Shown: positions 1 through 12,469 of the stretch, piece after piece | Position numbering within the stretch: position 1 is the first letter of the stretch | Layout: every line of letters starts with the position of its first letter | NCBI GenBank assembly: GCA_028534125.1 | Contig: CM052823.1 | Location: 62,682,001-62,746,000 of the forward strand | From: Lama glama | Lineage: Eukaryota | Direction of reading: 5' to 3' | DNA length: 64,000 bases | Position numbers and translations under genes: made by a program | Notes under the pieces: model-generated | What the model saw: only the letters and a program-made list of their open reading frames with translations | Databases searched by the model: none | What the model was told of the DNA's origin: nothing

Positions 1-601
1 ATATATACATAGATGTGATATATACACAGATGTGATCATCAAAGGATCAGAGAGAAAGAAGGATTCAACCTATTCTATTTTCCTTTCTTTCTTGTCCAGC
101 CATTTTTCCATGGACTCAAATCTCTTTGTCTCTGATCTTCTGATAATCACATCTCCCTGTGTTTCCTTACTTGGAGGTTCTGAATTCTGAGTGCTTTGGT
201 CCCCACTCCCAGGATACTTATGGCCTCATCACCCACCAGACAGCTCTTCCTTTTTTTGTTGTTTTTTTTTTTTTTGTGTGGAGAACTAGGTACCAAGTAG
301 CACTTTGCCACACCATGTATTTTATCTTCTGGAAGATGAACTTCTCAGTAAGAGAAGACAAGACCTGATCAGACGCTCCGCTGTTAACATTCAGCGTACA
401 CCCTGACAGCGGCTCTCCATCATGAGAACTGAGAAACAGAGTGTGCTAACGTCAGGGCGAGATCCATCTTTTCCCTGTCTTCCATTCTGTCCCCAGCTCC
501 TGCAGAGCAGTGACACATCTTCTCTTCAGGACAATAATAAGTGAGGAAAGGGGCAGAGAGAAAGTCTTGAGAAACTACTGGGAAGATTTGGGCAGACTCA
601 C

Positions 602-662
602 CTTGTGTCAAGTGTCTGTGCTAAGATGTGAAGACAGCTCACCATTGTAGCAGAATCACTTC
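602..662 (-). CDS. RYR3: RYR3 exon 24/24, 61 bp: (G)SDSATMVSCLHILAQTLDT(R)
   Basis: ttttag|GA acceptor, AG|gtgagt donor. Confidence 0.95.
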
Positions 663-1059
663 CTAAAAGCAAAAATACCACCTGTGACTCCCCAAGCCCT
701 CCAGCCCGTCATTTAAATGCAATTTTCTCACTATGCACAAATCACAGCCCAGCATAATTAACCACCAACACACCAAGTGCCAGGCCTCTGTTCGGGGACA
801 AGGCATTTATCTCTGGCCTGACACATCGCTTTATGATGGATGTTAGAGGCAGAGCTTAAAACATTCAATGGTGTGGAAAATCTGAGCTGTCAAAGGGGTA
901 GGGAGGTCATTTATCATCGTTCAGATCAATTTTCTCTGGCCAGTTTAGGTGACACCTTAGTCCTAAGGCTCTGGTTGCCTGCGGGAGCCACAGAGGAAGG
1001 CTAAAAAACAAGCTCGGGATAATTGCAGGGAGCGCAGCCTCGAGCAATACTTCACTTAC

Positions 1060-1109
1060 CGAAGAGGGAAATCCTGTGCCGAACAAGAGCAGCGAGTTTG
1101 CAGAACAGG
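1060..1109 (-). CDS. RYR3: RYR3 exon 23/24, 50 bp: (S)LFCKLAALVRHRISLF
   Basis: cttcag|C acceptor, G|gtaagt donor. Confidence 0.95.
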
Positions 1110-1647
1110 CTGAAGCAGAAAAGAACACAAGTTGGAAAGGCTCAGAGATTCAAGGAAGACTCACTCGTACCCCGCCCCTTGGCCCCCGTGCTGTAAAATG
1201 AAGCATACAGAACGGCAGTCCAGGGAGATGCACCGTGTTCCTCTCAAAGAATCCTCTGGACCACACTAGGAAGGCACGTGATCCCCACTCTCCTGTTGGA
1301 GAATCATGTGTGGTACCTCGCAGGCGTCTCCAGTCTTACAGAAAACAACCCTTCTGCAACAGGTACAGCATTTTGCAATGAGCCAGATGTTGCAAACCAT
1401 CCCTTGCTAAGGAATACCATAGGCTGAAACACTCACTGGTATAACATTCATGGATACATGGGGATTCTGGAAGGAAGCATGATTTTTCCATTGCTGTGGT
1501 GGACTGCAAATCATTTTCGCGGCCTTCACTGGGCTGTGTGAGGCCTTAGGTGGGAAGTGGGCAAGAAGGTGGGATTGGAAGACAGTTAAAGACTCAGGTA
1601 TGGGCAATACTGTGTCCAACCGGAAACATTTTAAGAAATGGCTTTTC

Positions 1648-1790
1648 TAGGTGGGGAAGGGTCTAAGTCGGTGGTGGAGCACATGTCTAGCCTGCATGAG
1701 ATACTGGGTTCAATCCCCAGTATCTTGGTTAAAAATAAATCAATCAATTAAAAAAAAAAATCTAACTACCCCTCCCCTCCCAAAAAAGAA
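1648..1790 (+). mobile_element. tRNA-derived SINE (camelid vic-1-like) with perfect 15-bp target-site duplication
   Basis: tRNA-like head with B box GGTTCAATCCC and A-rich tail; TSD aagaaatggcttttc at 1633-1647 and 1791-1805; tt|aaga L1-endonuclease-like site. Confidence 0.85.
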
Positions 1791-3589
1791 AAGAAATGGC
1801 TTTTCCCCACCATCTCCATTAGCCTCCAGGCCTGGCCGGGTTGCTGTCCTAGCCGTGTCCATGTAGGGAAAGCCCGACTGTTCTGCTTTTACCGTATTTC
1901 CTCCCGTGGAACCCCTGGGGGCCCAGTTGTGTCCTACTGTTTTACTTTCCAGGCTGCCTAACAGAGGGCCTTGCGCAGTCAGGAAAGAGCCCGCGGGTGT
2001 TTCTGAACACTCTCCTGCGGGACCCTGCGCAGGGGCACCGCGGCCATCATCTGACCCATGCCGTCGCCGTTCTCGGGCAGAGATGCCTCAGCACTCAGAC
2101 ATCATTTAACACACGCACAGCTAGACAAGAACTTGGCAGTCCCTTCAGAAAGCAGTCCTTCCCGGCGGAACAGAGAGAGGGAGAGCAGAATAAAATCAGC
2201 CTGTCCGGCCGTGGGTTCCTGAGGTGAGGCCAAGCAGAAGTCTTGCCCAAATTCTCCTCAGGAGCCATGGGCTTCTTGCCCACACAGGGCAGAAGTCTTT
2301 AGGCGGCAGCTCGAAGGGAGAAGAAATCCACCCAGAGTGTTGGTGGGGGTGAAAATGTGCTCACCTTGAAACGGTTTTCCACGAACGCCCTGGGCCTTTC
2401 TGGCCTATCTGCTGGAAACCGCAGCCAAAGTCTCTCATGGTTAGTCATTTGTTTTTGCAGGGGAAACAGGATGGAAACCCTGGCCTAGAGCTTGAGAGAG
2501 CTCAGAATAAGTTAACAGAAATTTGGCAGCCAGCTAGCGTGAAATTAAATATGGAGTGCTTCCTTTTCTCTCTCTCCCCATGGTGTTTTGGTCTTTTTCT
2601 GAGTTACGTATCTGGTGGAAATGCATGGAGCGGGGGAGATGCTGGAGGAATATGAGTCCCATGGCTTTGCCACAACTTGCTGGGCTGCCTCGGTGACGCC
2701 ACTTCACTGCTCTGGGCTTTGGCTTTCTCATCTGTAGGTAGACAGGAATCCCACGACCCTCGTAGTTTTTAGCATAAGGGGCTGATAAACTCAGTTACTA
2801 TTTCTGGCAAAATGCTTCAAAGTGGACCCACGCTGTCTAAATACAAAATAACATTTTTCGAGTTCAAGCAGATCCTTGGGTTGTTTGATCCTAACACAAA
2901 CGTAGCTCCCCTGGCTGTCAGAAGTGCCTTCTCAGGGGCCTGAGGTTTCCAGAGGCTCCTCCTTGTCCCCTCTGGGGCCCACGATTTAAGTAAAAGCGTT
3001 GTCCTTTGCTCAGGGTTATGAGGGGCCCGAGTCCCCAGGCACCTTCCTCTCGTCTCAGGACCTGAAGGTGGTAAATTAAAGGGATCCCAGGGGAGAGATT
3101 CTGGAAAGCCCTGGTAAATGGCATCAGATGCAGAAGAGGTGGGGCCCGGGTGAAGGCTGAGAACAGAAGGGGCCTAGAAATCTGAGCGTGTTCAGCACAG
3201 ATACGCCTGCTTGGATGGGAGGGCGGTGAGCACACTGATGGATCTGAAAGCTATTTGCAAGGCTGATCAGCTCCAGGTTGTATTCCAGCCGTGACAAATG
3301 GTGCCTGGCTGAACAAATGTTACATTTCCATGAATTAATAATCTAAGAAAAATAGGTGAAGAAAACAGACACACCTGCTCTCTGTTGGCTTATCTGAATA
3401 TATCACTTCGCTCCTCATTTCCCTAACTTCTTACAAAATACACTGGTGCAGCATGAAAATATCTAGGAAATCTTGCGTCTGTAATTGATTCTAAGTGTAT
3501 CTCGTTTTGACCGCATGGGCTCCTCCCTGCTTAATAAATATTAATAAACGAAGTAATTACAGTGCAGAGAAAATGATCTGGATAGAGAG

Positions 3590-3720
3590 GACGGGGCTTT
3601 CAGTCCTGTCCTAACTTACTGCCTGGGTCACTTGAGGTACTGAAGTGAATCTGAGCAAACCTCAGTTTCCTGATCTGCAAAATGAAGACCCTAGTACACA
3701 GGCAGTTCCTGGAATTTAAA
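3590..3720. mobile_element. MIR SINE
   Basis: MIR core cctcagtttcctgatctgcaaaatg. Confidence 0.6.
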
Positions 3721-4194
3721 GCACTGTGCTGTTTCACAGCAATACTTCCCCAAGTGGGCAATACCTCGTGCATATGAAAATCTGAGCCCACTGCTTAGCC
3801 GTGCTGTGCTTAATAAATGCTAGCGAAATCCTAAGGTTGACTAGCCTCCCAGAGATGGTGATCTACAATGGCCAGGCCCTTATAAAATATAAATACACTG
3901 TTCATCGTCAATGGATGCTGGGGAACGGGCTGATAGACTGCGTCACTGTTGTCCATAATTCTCGGCCACTGAGAAGTCTAACCCATTCCCTGTCATTCAT
4001 AGATCAAATATAGAGAGAACTTGAGACATGACAGGGTCTACCATCTAGCCTGATTAGGAAACATCCCCTTTGTCCTCAGCTCTGCTGAGACATCCGTGGG
4101 TCCTGCTTCATGGAACAAGAAGGGAGGCTGGTGTTTTGGATGAAAAATTTTTTTCTCTATTAGGAATTGAAATTGAATTATGTCACTTTAGATT

Positions 4195-4806
4195 TCAAAT
4201 CTCACATCATCAAGACAGCATGGTATTGGTACAAAAACAGACATATAGACCAATGGAACAGAATAGAGAGCTCAGAAATGAACCCCCAAACTTTTGGTCA
4301 ACTAATCTTCGACAAAGGAGGCAAGAATATACAATGGAATAAAGACAATCTCTTCAGCAAATGGTGTTGGGAAAACTGGACAGCAGCATGTATATCAATG
4401 AAGCTAGAACACTGTCTTACACCATACACAAAAATAAACTCAAAATGGATCAAAGACTTAAACATAAGACAAGGCACAATAAAACCTTCTAGAAGAAAAT
4501 ACAGGCAAAACATTATCTCACATATATCTCAAAAATCTCCTAGGACAGTCTACCCAAGCAACAGAAATAAAAGCAAGAATTAAAAAATGGGACCTAATGA
4601 AACTTACAAGCTTCTGCACAGCAAAGGAAACCATAAGTAAAACAAAAAGACAACCTATGGAATGGGAAAAAATTTTTGCAAACAATGAAACCGACAAAGG
4701 CTTGATCTCCAGAATATATAAGCAGCTCATACGACTTAATAAGAAAAAAACAAACAACTCAATCCAAAAATGGGCAAAAGACCTAAACAAGCAATTCTCC
4801 AAGGAA
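4195..4806 (+). mobile_element. LINE-1 ORF2 3' fragment (5'-truncated, frameshifted), running into an assembly gap
   Basis: Translates to L1 ORF2 motifs [34 protein letters not shown] and SFCTAKETI. Confidence 0.92.
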
Positions 4807-5434
4807 NNNNNNNNNNNNNNNNNNNNNNNNNNNNNNNNNNNNNNNNNNNNNNNNNNNNNNNNNNNNNNNNNNNNNNNNNNNNNNNNNNNNNNNNNNNNNN
4901 NNNNNNNNNNNNNNNNNNNNNNNNNNNNNNNNNNNNNNNNNNNNNNNNNNNNNNNNNNNNNNNNNNNNNNNNNNNNNNNNNNNNNNNNNNNNNNNNNNNN
5001 NNNNNNNNNNNNNNNNNNNNNNNNNNNNNNNNNNNNNNNNNNNNNNNNNNNNNNNNNNNNNNNNNNNNNNNNNNNNNNNNNNNNNNNNNNNNNNNNNNNN
5101 NNNNNNNNNNNNNNNNNNNNNNNNNNNNNNNNNNNNNNNNNNNNNNNNNNNNNNNNNNNNNNNNNNNNNNNNNNNNNNNNNNNNNNNNNNNNNNNNNNNN
5201 NNNNNNNNNNNNNNNNNNNNNNNNNNNNNNNNNNNNNNNNNNNNNNNNNNNNNNNNNNNNNNNNNNNNNNNNNNNNNNNNNNNNNNNNNNNNNNNNNNNN
5301 NNNNNNNNNNNNNNNNNNNNNNNNNNNNNNNNNNNNNNNNNNNNNNNNNNNNNNNNNNNNNNNNNNNNNNNNNNNNNNNNNNNNNNNNNNNNNNNNNNNN
5401 NNNNNNNNNNNNNNNNNNNNNNNNNNNNNNNNNN
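4807..5434. other. Assembly gap (N run); other gaps at 30531-30662, 30971-31105, 31646-31777 and 59448-59583
   Basis: Runs of N, each in or abutting L1 sequence. Confidence 0.99.
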
Positions 5435-5787
5435 GATTGAAAAGTGTTAATCTGTTTCTTCTCACTGTTGTATGTTTGCCTTTTGCAAGCTTCACAATTA
5501 CCTTCACCTTTCTCTAAATGTTATTCCAGGATAGATGTTGAGCTGAATATACAAATTCTTCCCAAGTCCTACGTATATTTGTATATACGTAGTGTGCATT
5601 TGTCTTAGTTGCCAAAATGATGCACAGATAAGTGTGAATAAAGTCACTTTCAAAACCAAGATGATAACCAAAACCTCTGAGTTACCAATCATCAGTTAAT
5701 TTCTCCAAAAGATTCACCATTTAGGCCCCAGGAACCTGAGGCTTTATACAAACCACATCAGCACCCTCTCTCCCTTTGTGGACTCAC

Positions 5788-5909
5788 CTGGCCACCATTT
5801 CTTTCTCCTTATGGGAGGCATACCCGCTGCTGCTAAGGGGCTTCAGAGGGGACGAGAGAAAGTAGAGGCGGTGATTGGTGAAGTACTGGTCAACCAGCGG
5901 GAGGAGAAC
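5788..5909 (-). CDS. RYR3: RYR3 exon 22/24, 122 bp: [40 protein letters not shown]
   Basis: tttcag|GTT acceptor, AG|gtgagt donor; read manually. Confidence 0.96.
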
Positions 5910-6339
5910 CTGAAAAGTTCACCAGAAAGGACATTTGAGGAAGCTAGCCAAAACACTTCCTTGGGTTCCTCTGAAGAAGTTCATTTCTCAATGAGCAAAA
6001 AGCCTCTGAACACTGGTTCTGGAATTTCCAGTAAACTCTACCCTGTGAATTTCAGCTTCCAACACCTTTTTCCCTTTGATACCTGCAACCAGAGGCCTTG
6101 AGATATGTGAAAGGACAGGGCGGGCCCTGACTAAGGGCCTGAAGTAATGCACATGGGGCTCGAGTCAACATTTTCAGGGGCGTCCTGTATGACAGCTGCA
6201 CTCAGATGTGGCTTCTTGGGCATGGCATCCATCAGCACCCCTGAGGCATGGCCCAGCACTGCTGGCTTTGAGCGTTCTGTCTCTGCTTCTCAGAGCTGGG
6301 CTACCCCAAGGCCTCACTTGTGTTTAGTCCCCTGAGTAG

Positions 6340-6815
6340 TGTCATGTGGCTGAGACAGCTCACTGGCACCCAGATTCATTCTCCCCTTCTTTCTCTTGGT
6401 AATAGAAACCTCAAGGTTTCAGCTAGGCATGGGATCACCAGCTAAAAAAGACATTACCAGCCTCCTTTGCAGCTAGCTGAGGCTAAAACAACCAAGTTCT
6501 AGCCACTGGAACAGAACTTTAATAAAGCAGCAGCTTACCCTTCTCTCTCCTTTCCCTCCCCTTTCTCACAGGTGTGGTACAGGTGAGTCTGTTTGGACCA
6601 CATTGTCAGGGTCCACATCTCAGGGGGTGGTAGAGCATCAACAGAGGAAGAGCCTGAGTCCCCGTGTGATGGCGTGGAGCATAACAGGCTGCCTACCTCC
6701 TCCGACCACCCACCTGCCTCGGGACTGCTCCACTACAGAGAAACACAGGTCTGTCTCATCACAGCCGTTCTTGGAGTTTTGGATCTGCATAACTTGTACC
6801 CTAAGTTGTACAGAT
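6340..6815 (+). mobile_element. MaLR solo LTR (MLT1I/J-like)
   Basis: ccagcctcctttgcagctag...aagttctagcca...ggaagagcctgagtccc motifs; TG...CA ends. Confidence 0.6.
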
Positions 6816-6858
6816 CCTAAGAAGAAAGTAATTTGATTAAATGCAGAGAGTCACTTAC

Positions 6859-6926
6859 TTTGGCAAAGAATTTGATCTCCTGGTCATGGGGAGACTTTTC
6901 AGTTTTCCCACTGCTGACAATGGCTT
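6859..6926 (-). CDS. RYR3: RYR3 exon 21/24, 68 bp: (E)[22 protein letters not shown]
   Basis: ttgtag|AA acceptor, AAA|gtaagt donor; read manually. Confidence 0.95.
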
Positions 6927-7461
6927 CTACAAAGATAAAAAGTAACACGAAGTTGGCCAGAGGTAAAGAAAACAAAACCAAAAATAGTCACAGCATTTAA
7001 AAAACAGAGCAGTTTTTCTAAAGGCTATGAAAAGGCCATTTGATTTTACAAAATAGCTAAGATTTTACAAAGTACTTTACAATTGTGACGGTTAGTTATT
7101 TCTTGTATCAGTTCTCTTGGGTTTCACTACCCCGTTTCCCCTTTATTGATGAGAAAGTAGCTTCAGAGAAGTCGAGTCATATGCTCACAGCCACACAGCA
7201 AAACAATGGAAAACTCAGAATACGATGATTTTTAGAAAACTGACAAACGGTGCAACCCAACCCAGTAGGAAAACCAAACACAAAATTGATTTTTTTTAAG
7301 TGGGGGAAAAAATCTCAGCCACCATGTCCTCCTCAAAACCACATGTCTCAATAAATCATGAACAGCTCCAGTATGAAAGCATCACTCCCTGATGAAGGAA
7401 CATCAAATTCTTTGATATTATGAGCACACATTTTTTGGTGATATTTCACAATGATACTTAC

Positions 7462-7577
7462 CCAAATGGGCAATAAACTCTTGAGCAGAATCAACATATT
7501 TCAGGATCTTCTTCAAAAACTTATAGGCAAACCTCTTTTCCATGGAGGAGGCGTCCAGTTCCATATCCTTGATACCT
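7462..7577 (-). CDS. RYR3: RYR3 exon 20/24, 116 bp: (R)[38 protein letters not shown]
   Basis: cccaag|A acceptor (AAG type, fixed by phase), G|gtaagt donor. Confidence 0.94.
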
Positions 7578-7809
7578 CTTGGGTGGAAACAAGTAAACCC
7601 CGGGAAGTAACAGAGATAACTCAGTGACTTCAGTGCCTCTGCAATTTTCCCTGTGTCAACTCTGTTTTCCAAATGTTAATGGTTATTCTGGCCTAGTGCC
7701 CTGACTCATCATTTGACTCATTTCCCCTACCACTTGATACCTGCCTCTGTGAGCATGCAACACCCCTGAACTATGATACTGGCTGAAAAGATTTTTCAGA
7801 AAGATTTTT

Positions 7810-8690
7810 ATCATTCATTCAACAGATACTGAGCTAGGGGTAAATGAGAAATGCAAACAGGAATCCCTGCCCTCATGGAACTCACATGCTGGCTAAAAAC
7901 AGATACGAACAGCATATAAACAAAATATAACTTACATGGAATGCTAGAAGCTAACAGGTTTTGTGAAAAAAAGAAAAACTAAAGCAGGATAAAAGGGCCG
8001 AAGAGTGCCTGAAGTCGGGGTGAGCGGACTGCAGTGTTAGATCAGTTCTGGTCCTACTGGAAGGATGACACTGCACTAAAGGCCTGAAGGAGGTGAGCCA
8101 CATAGATGTCAGGGGAGAGCGTTTTCCAGGGACAGGGAATGGAGGTGCAAAGGTCCTGTGCTAGGAGCATGCATGCTGACTTGAGGCCAGTGTGGAAAGG
8201 ACGGAAGTGAGCCAGCAGAGTGTGGGGTAGGCAGTGAAGTAAATCACTGGGACCCTGTGGGTTGCCCTCAGCATATTCCTTTTGCTTGGAGGTGGGAGGC
8301 TATTGAAAATTTCGAATAGAGGAATGACACGATATGCCTCTCACTGTAACAGAATTACTCTAGTTGCTGGTTAAAGGTGATGATGAGGGCAAAGGCTGAA
8401 AGAGGGAGCCAGGGCAGGAGGCTCTCCCAGCGAGGATGGTGACAGATTGGACGGTGAGAAGTGGTCTGATTCTGGGTATCTTAGGTAGAACCATTGGAAT
8501 TTCCTGAATGATTGGATGTGGGTCGAGGGAAAAAAGAGAAGAGTCAAGGTTTTTGGCTTGAGCGCTGGGAGGAACAGACTGTCATCAAGTGATGGAGAAG
8601 CCAAGGATGGTGCAGGTCTGAGGAGAGGGTAGCAGGAAGCTGGGGGTTCTCCCTGGTGACTGGGACGCTGCTTCCTTATCTCCACATCCA
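7810..8690 (-). mobile_element. LINE-2 fragment
   Basis: cattcattcaacag...ccctgccctcatggaactcaca...ggaggtgcaaaggtcctg...tctgattctgggtatctt. Confidence 0.7.
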
Positions 8691-10025
8691 AGTGCCCAAT
8701 GGCTCCGGCACAGGGTAACTGCTACAAGGCTGTGTTTGCTGAATTCAGTGATCTTTTTCCTTCCCCACTATTTCTTTGATTTCTTTCTCATAGTAAAGAG
8801 GAATTTTTCCTTTCTGTGAGCAAGTTATTTACTGGCAAATCGCAGAACGTGTGCATCTTGGTGTGAAGAACAGGACTAAAATGACAACGGGAGTCTTTCT
8901 CAAATGCTTCCCTAGGGGCTGTCTCCCGCTGCCTGACCTTTCCTGCTCAACAATACGGCAAATAAGTTTTGTTATTTTTTTCTTATGAGTTACAACAGAA
9001 ATATTTGTATAGATTTGTCTTCGGGTTTTTGCCATCCTGGGGCAAGAATTCAGTAGGAAACTGAAAGAAGAAGAAACTGAAAGAAGCCAGCTCAGTAGAC
9101 ATTGCTCACAGGAGAGCTGGCTTATCAGAATGTGGACGCTGGCTTGGTTTTGGTTCTACAAAGGACCCAGCAAGCACAGCCCAGCACCAACACCGGACCA
9201 GAGGGAAAGCAGGTTCTGCCTTTAAGACTTAAGCAGCCCAGACCATCCTCATCTACAACACATGTCTAGACAATTTGGACAAACCCAGGTTTGACATAAG
9301 ATGTCTTAGGAAATCGTGATGGGGAGAATCAATCTCCCCAATCTTGTTCAAACACTGTATCAGTCATGCTCCCTATTCCTGTGGCATTAAATTAAATATC
9401 ATATAAAACCATCAAAAAGTGTGAAGAGAACTGCTGATTCTGTGAGAACTATAAATTGTGTATTTTGCAGAGACCTGCAATTGGAAGTGTCCAAATACAG
9501 GGTTTCTGAATTAGGTAGAGGGAGAGAACTGTAAAGACAGGGCAGAAACTGAAAAAAAAAAACAAAAACAAAAATCCTAGAATTCTGCACTTGCATTGTT
9601 TTATTTGGGCTTTGATTTTCACTGTTCTTTAAAGAAGCCCGAATTCCAGAGCTCTGGGGATGCATTATGGATGTGGTTTATAATTTCAACTAACAAAACA
9701 ACATACACGGATAAGATCCAGGGGCCCAGAGTACAAGATTTGGGAATAAATGCATATTTGTATGCTTTAAGTTAACATTAAATGTTAATATATCATTTGT
9801 CATGATTCTTTGTTGTGACTGATTTTTCAAAATTCCTGTCTACCAGTCTTGCTTATGTCAGAAGAGGGGGTTATTCACGTTCCAAAAAAATTTTTTTTCT
9901 CATTTCAAAAGATGCAACCGCTATCTTACTCAGATCTATCTTGCAGGTGGGTGATTAAACACCTGGAGAGGAGAGACCACATGAGTCCGCCCCACCTCAC
10001 TCATACCACCTGGAAGCTGACTTAC

Positions 10026-10149
10026 CTAGAAACCACGACACCATTCACTTGGAGGAATTTAAACAGGTCCTGCGCCTTCTCTCGGTCCCTGAACTTTTCC
10101 TTGGCAGTCAATGTGTCATATGGTACCAAAAGAGGGTGACTGCCGCCAC
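10026..10149 (-). CDS. RYR3: RYR3 exon 19/24, 124 bp: (G)[40 protein letters not shown]
   Basis: ccccag|GT acceptor, AG|gtaagt donor; conserved [15 protein letters not shown] motif. Confidence 0.96.
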
Positions 10150-10270
10150 CTGGGGTCGGTAGAGTGAGACAACAGAATATTTGGCTCTTCCTCTGCCCTT
10201 GGGGGAAGAAAAACACACCCACCCCTCCCCCAGCTCACCTTCCAAGGAAGATGCTGGGAACCTGGCTCAC

Positions 10271-10346
10271 CTTTGCTCTCCAGTTCCAGCTTCTTCTTCT
10301 TGGCCCAGATATTGTGATAGTTCTCAGCTACCACCTCCACCATCCC
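10271..10346 (-). CDS. RYR3: RYR3 exon 18/24, 76 bp: GMVEVVAENYHNIWAKKKKLELESK (RyR repeat 4)
   Basis: acacag|GGG acceptor, G|gtgagc donor. Confidence 0.96.
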
Positions 10347-11498
10347 CTGTGTCCCACCAGGGAGATGACGGAGAAAAAGTGAGAAAGAAAAATGGGTTCA
10401 TATCTGCCAGGCTATTTCTGGCAGCCTCGGGGAACAGAACACCAGCAAATGCTAACAGTACACTGCCGAGTGCGCCCCATCATTAATTAGCCTGTGCTTA
10501 TGCACCTCATTAGCTTCCTATCTTCCCAGACACACGGAAAATAATTTCTAATGCTGTCCTTCCCTTGTAACTTATTATCTTGGCAGTTTGATGCATTTCT
10601 GAGAAGCACACATTTCCAAGGGAAACTGCAAGCTGGCAGCACTTCATTTGTTGCGGGAGTTGGGCATCTGACTCCAGACTGGAGACAAGGAGCTAGAAGT
10701 GGGGTTCAAGCGAAAATTGAGAATATCTGAAAGCCTTTGGCTTAGCAAACCAAAAATAACTGCTTGTTGGAGAAAATGGCTGCAAATAAGATTTCTCCAA
10801 TAAAATGCATCTTTCGAAAGCTTAAAAAAATTGTGATCTGGAATGAAGGGTGTGCTTCGGAAAGAAACTTTCCCTAAGGTCCAAAGGGTTGGTCTGATGG
10901 GCTTTCCATGGAGTAACTGCCCCTCATTGGGCTGGTCACAGCCGCCAACATGTGCCCAGGGGAGGACTGGGAGGAGGCAGCTAAGGGCTCTTAGATTCAC
11001 CCTACCAGGTGTACGTCCCTAAATCCTGCAACGTTTGTTCATTTGCACCATCACAGGGAACTCAAGTGAATCCACCACAGAATATGCAATGGTCCTCAGG
11101 GCTGGGGAGCCCTACTGCGATCGGGCCAGCACCCAGCCCAGGGGGTCGTCTCATAGGTTTTTCCCTGCCTGTTATTAGTCTTGTTACTAGTTACTTCTCC
11201 TGGCAGTTAGCAGTGCTGCTTTGGATCTGGCTACAGTAATTTGTTGTTTGTTCTTCCTTTTACTGAGTCATTAACTGTTACGACGTCCCTGGCAGAAGTG
11301 ATGGGTTAATTCTGCTGGAACTCACTTAATTGAGAGGCCTCTGCTCAGTGCGGCCCTCTCTCACTTTGTAATTTCAGTGGTGATCCGTTTTAGGCATTCT
11401 TTCCCTTTTTTAATTTAAAACTCTTTGGATGGTTGTATGTCCTGCACTTGAGGGGTTTTAGAAAGTAGCTATGCTGCTCTGAACGCATCAGCACTGAC

Positions 11499-11561
11499 CT
11501 GGAGCTCTCTGGAGAGCACAACGTTGGAGAGGTCCAGGGGAGCGGGGCTGTAGCTGTTGCC
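11499..11561 (-). CDS. RYR3: RYR3 exon 17/24, 63 bp: GNSYSPAPLDLSNVVLSRELQ
   Basis: tcctag|GGC acceptor, CAG|gtcagt donor; read manually. Confidence 0.95.
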
Positions 11562-11768
11562 CTAGGAAAGCAAAGGCAGAGTCACTGGGTTTCCCGTTAT
11601 TTTCCTGATTCTCATCAGCATCCCCAACTTCAGCTGCCAAAGATGTGTCGCGAAAGATGCCCAGCGCCCACTGTTGAGGTCCTCACCTCTGAGACCCCAG
11701 GGAGAGCTTTCCCAGATTCTCATGGGTTCTACTGGCCCAGTGTTGGCTTCTGGGTGAGATGGCCATAC

Positions 11769-11915
11769 CTGGCTGGCCTGGGACACGCTTCGTAGCTTCT
11801 CATTTTCCCGCTGTTGAACTAGGGCTTCTCCCTCTTTGGTCCTCTCCACGGTCCAGCCCACAGCCAGCATGGTTTTCAGGGACTCCCTGGCAGGCCAGCG
11901 ATAAATTTCCTTCTC
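11769..11915 (-). CDS. RYR3: RYR3 exon 16/24, 147 bp: EKEIYRWPARESLKTMLAVGWTVERTKEGEALVQQRENEKLRSVSQASQ (phosphorylation loop)
   Basis: ttccag|GAG acceptor, CAG|gtatgg donor. Confidence 0.96.
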
Positions 11916-12469
11916 CTGGAAGAAAATGTGAGCAGAAGAGCTGTGAAGAGCACGCCCCAGCACTCTGGCTGGCCTGCCTCCCTGCAGAGAAGTCGGATCC
12001 CACGGTGGTTCGGGTCTAATTTCCTCCAGCTTCCTCTCACTGGATCAAAATACCATCTCCAGCATCCCGCCCGAAACACCTGATCAGTCTGTCTGAGGTT
12101 TTTAAGTATAAGACCCTACAGTCTCCTGCTTTCAGAGGGGATGTACCAGACATGATCCACAGTTTGTGGATTAGGAGGAGGAAGTGACTTCTCTCGGGCT
12201 CCAGCTGCTGTTTAAGATGGGACCTGTCAAAATGCATCGGCGCAAAGCTCTTCTCTGAGCTTGGGAAGTAGCATTTCTTGAGCTGAGAATTCTCTTTGAG
12301 CTAGGCACAGTGTTACAACCGGTCAGCATGCACCTAAGAAACACCTGTCATCCTTTACATGTGACACGAGGCCTACAGCTTACAAAGAACTCTTACGGAT
12401 CACAAGATAGGAATTCAGAGTTGAGCTGTACCAAATTTCATAGTTAAAAAAAACAAAACAAAACCCAAG

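Noticed and set aside
4518-5517. Longest ORFs in the track (329, 306 and 226 aa), and the X-containing ORFs near 30.3-32.0 kb and 59.4-59.6 kb
   Set aside because: Artefacts of translating through N-gaps; the real residues are decayed L1 ORF2 or its antisense.
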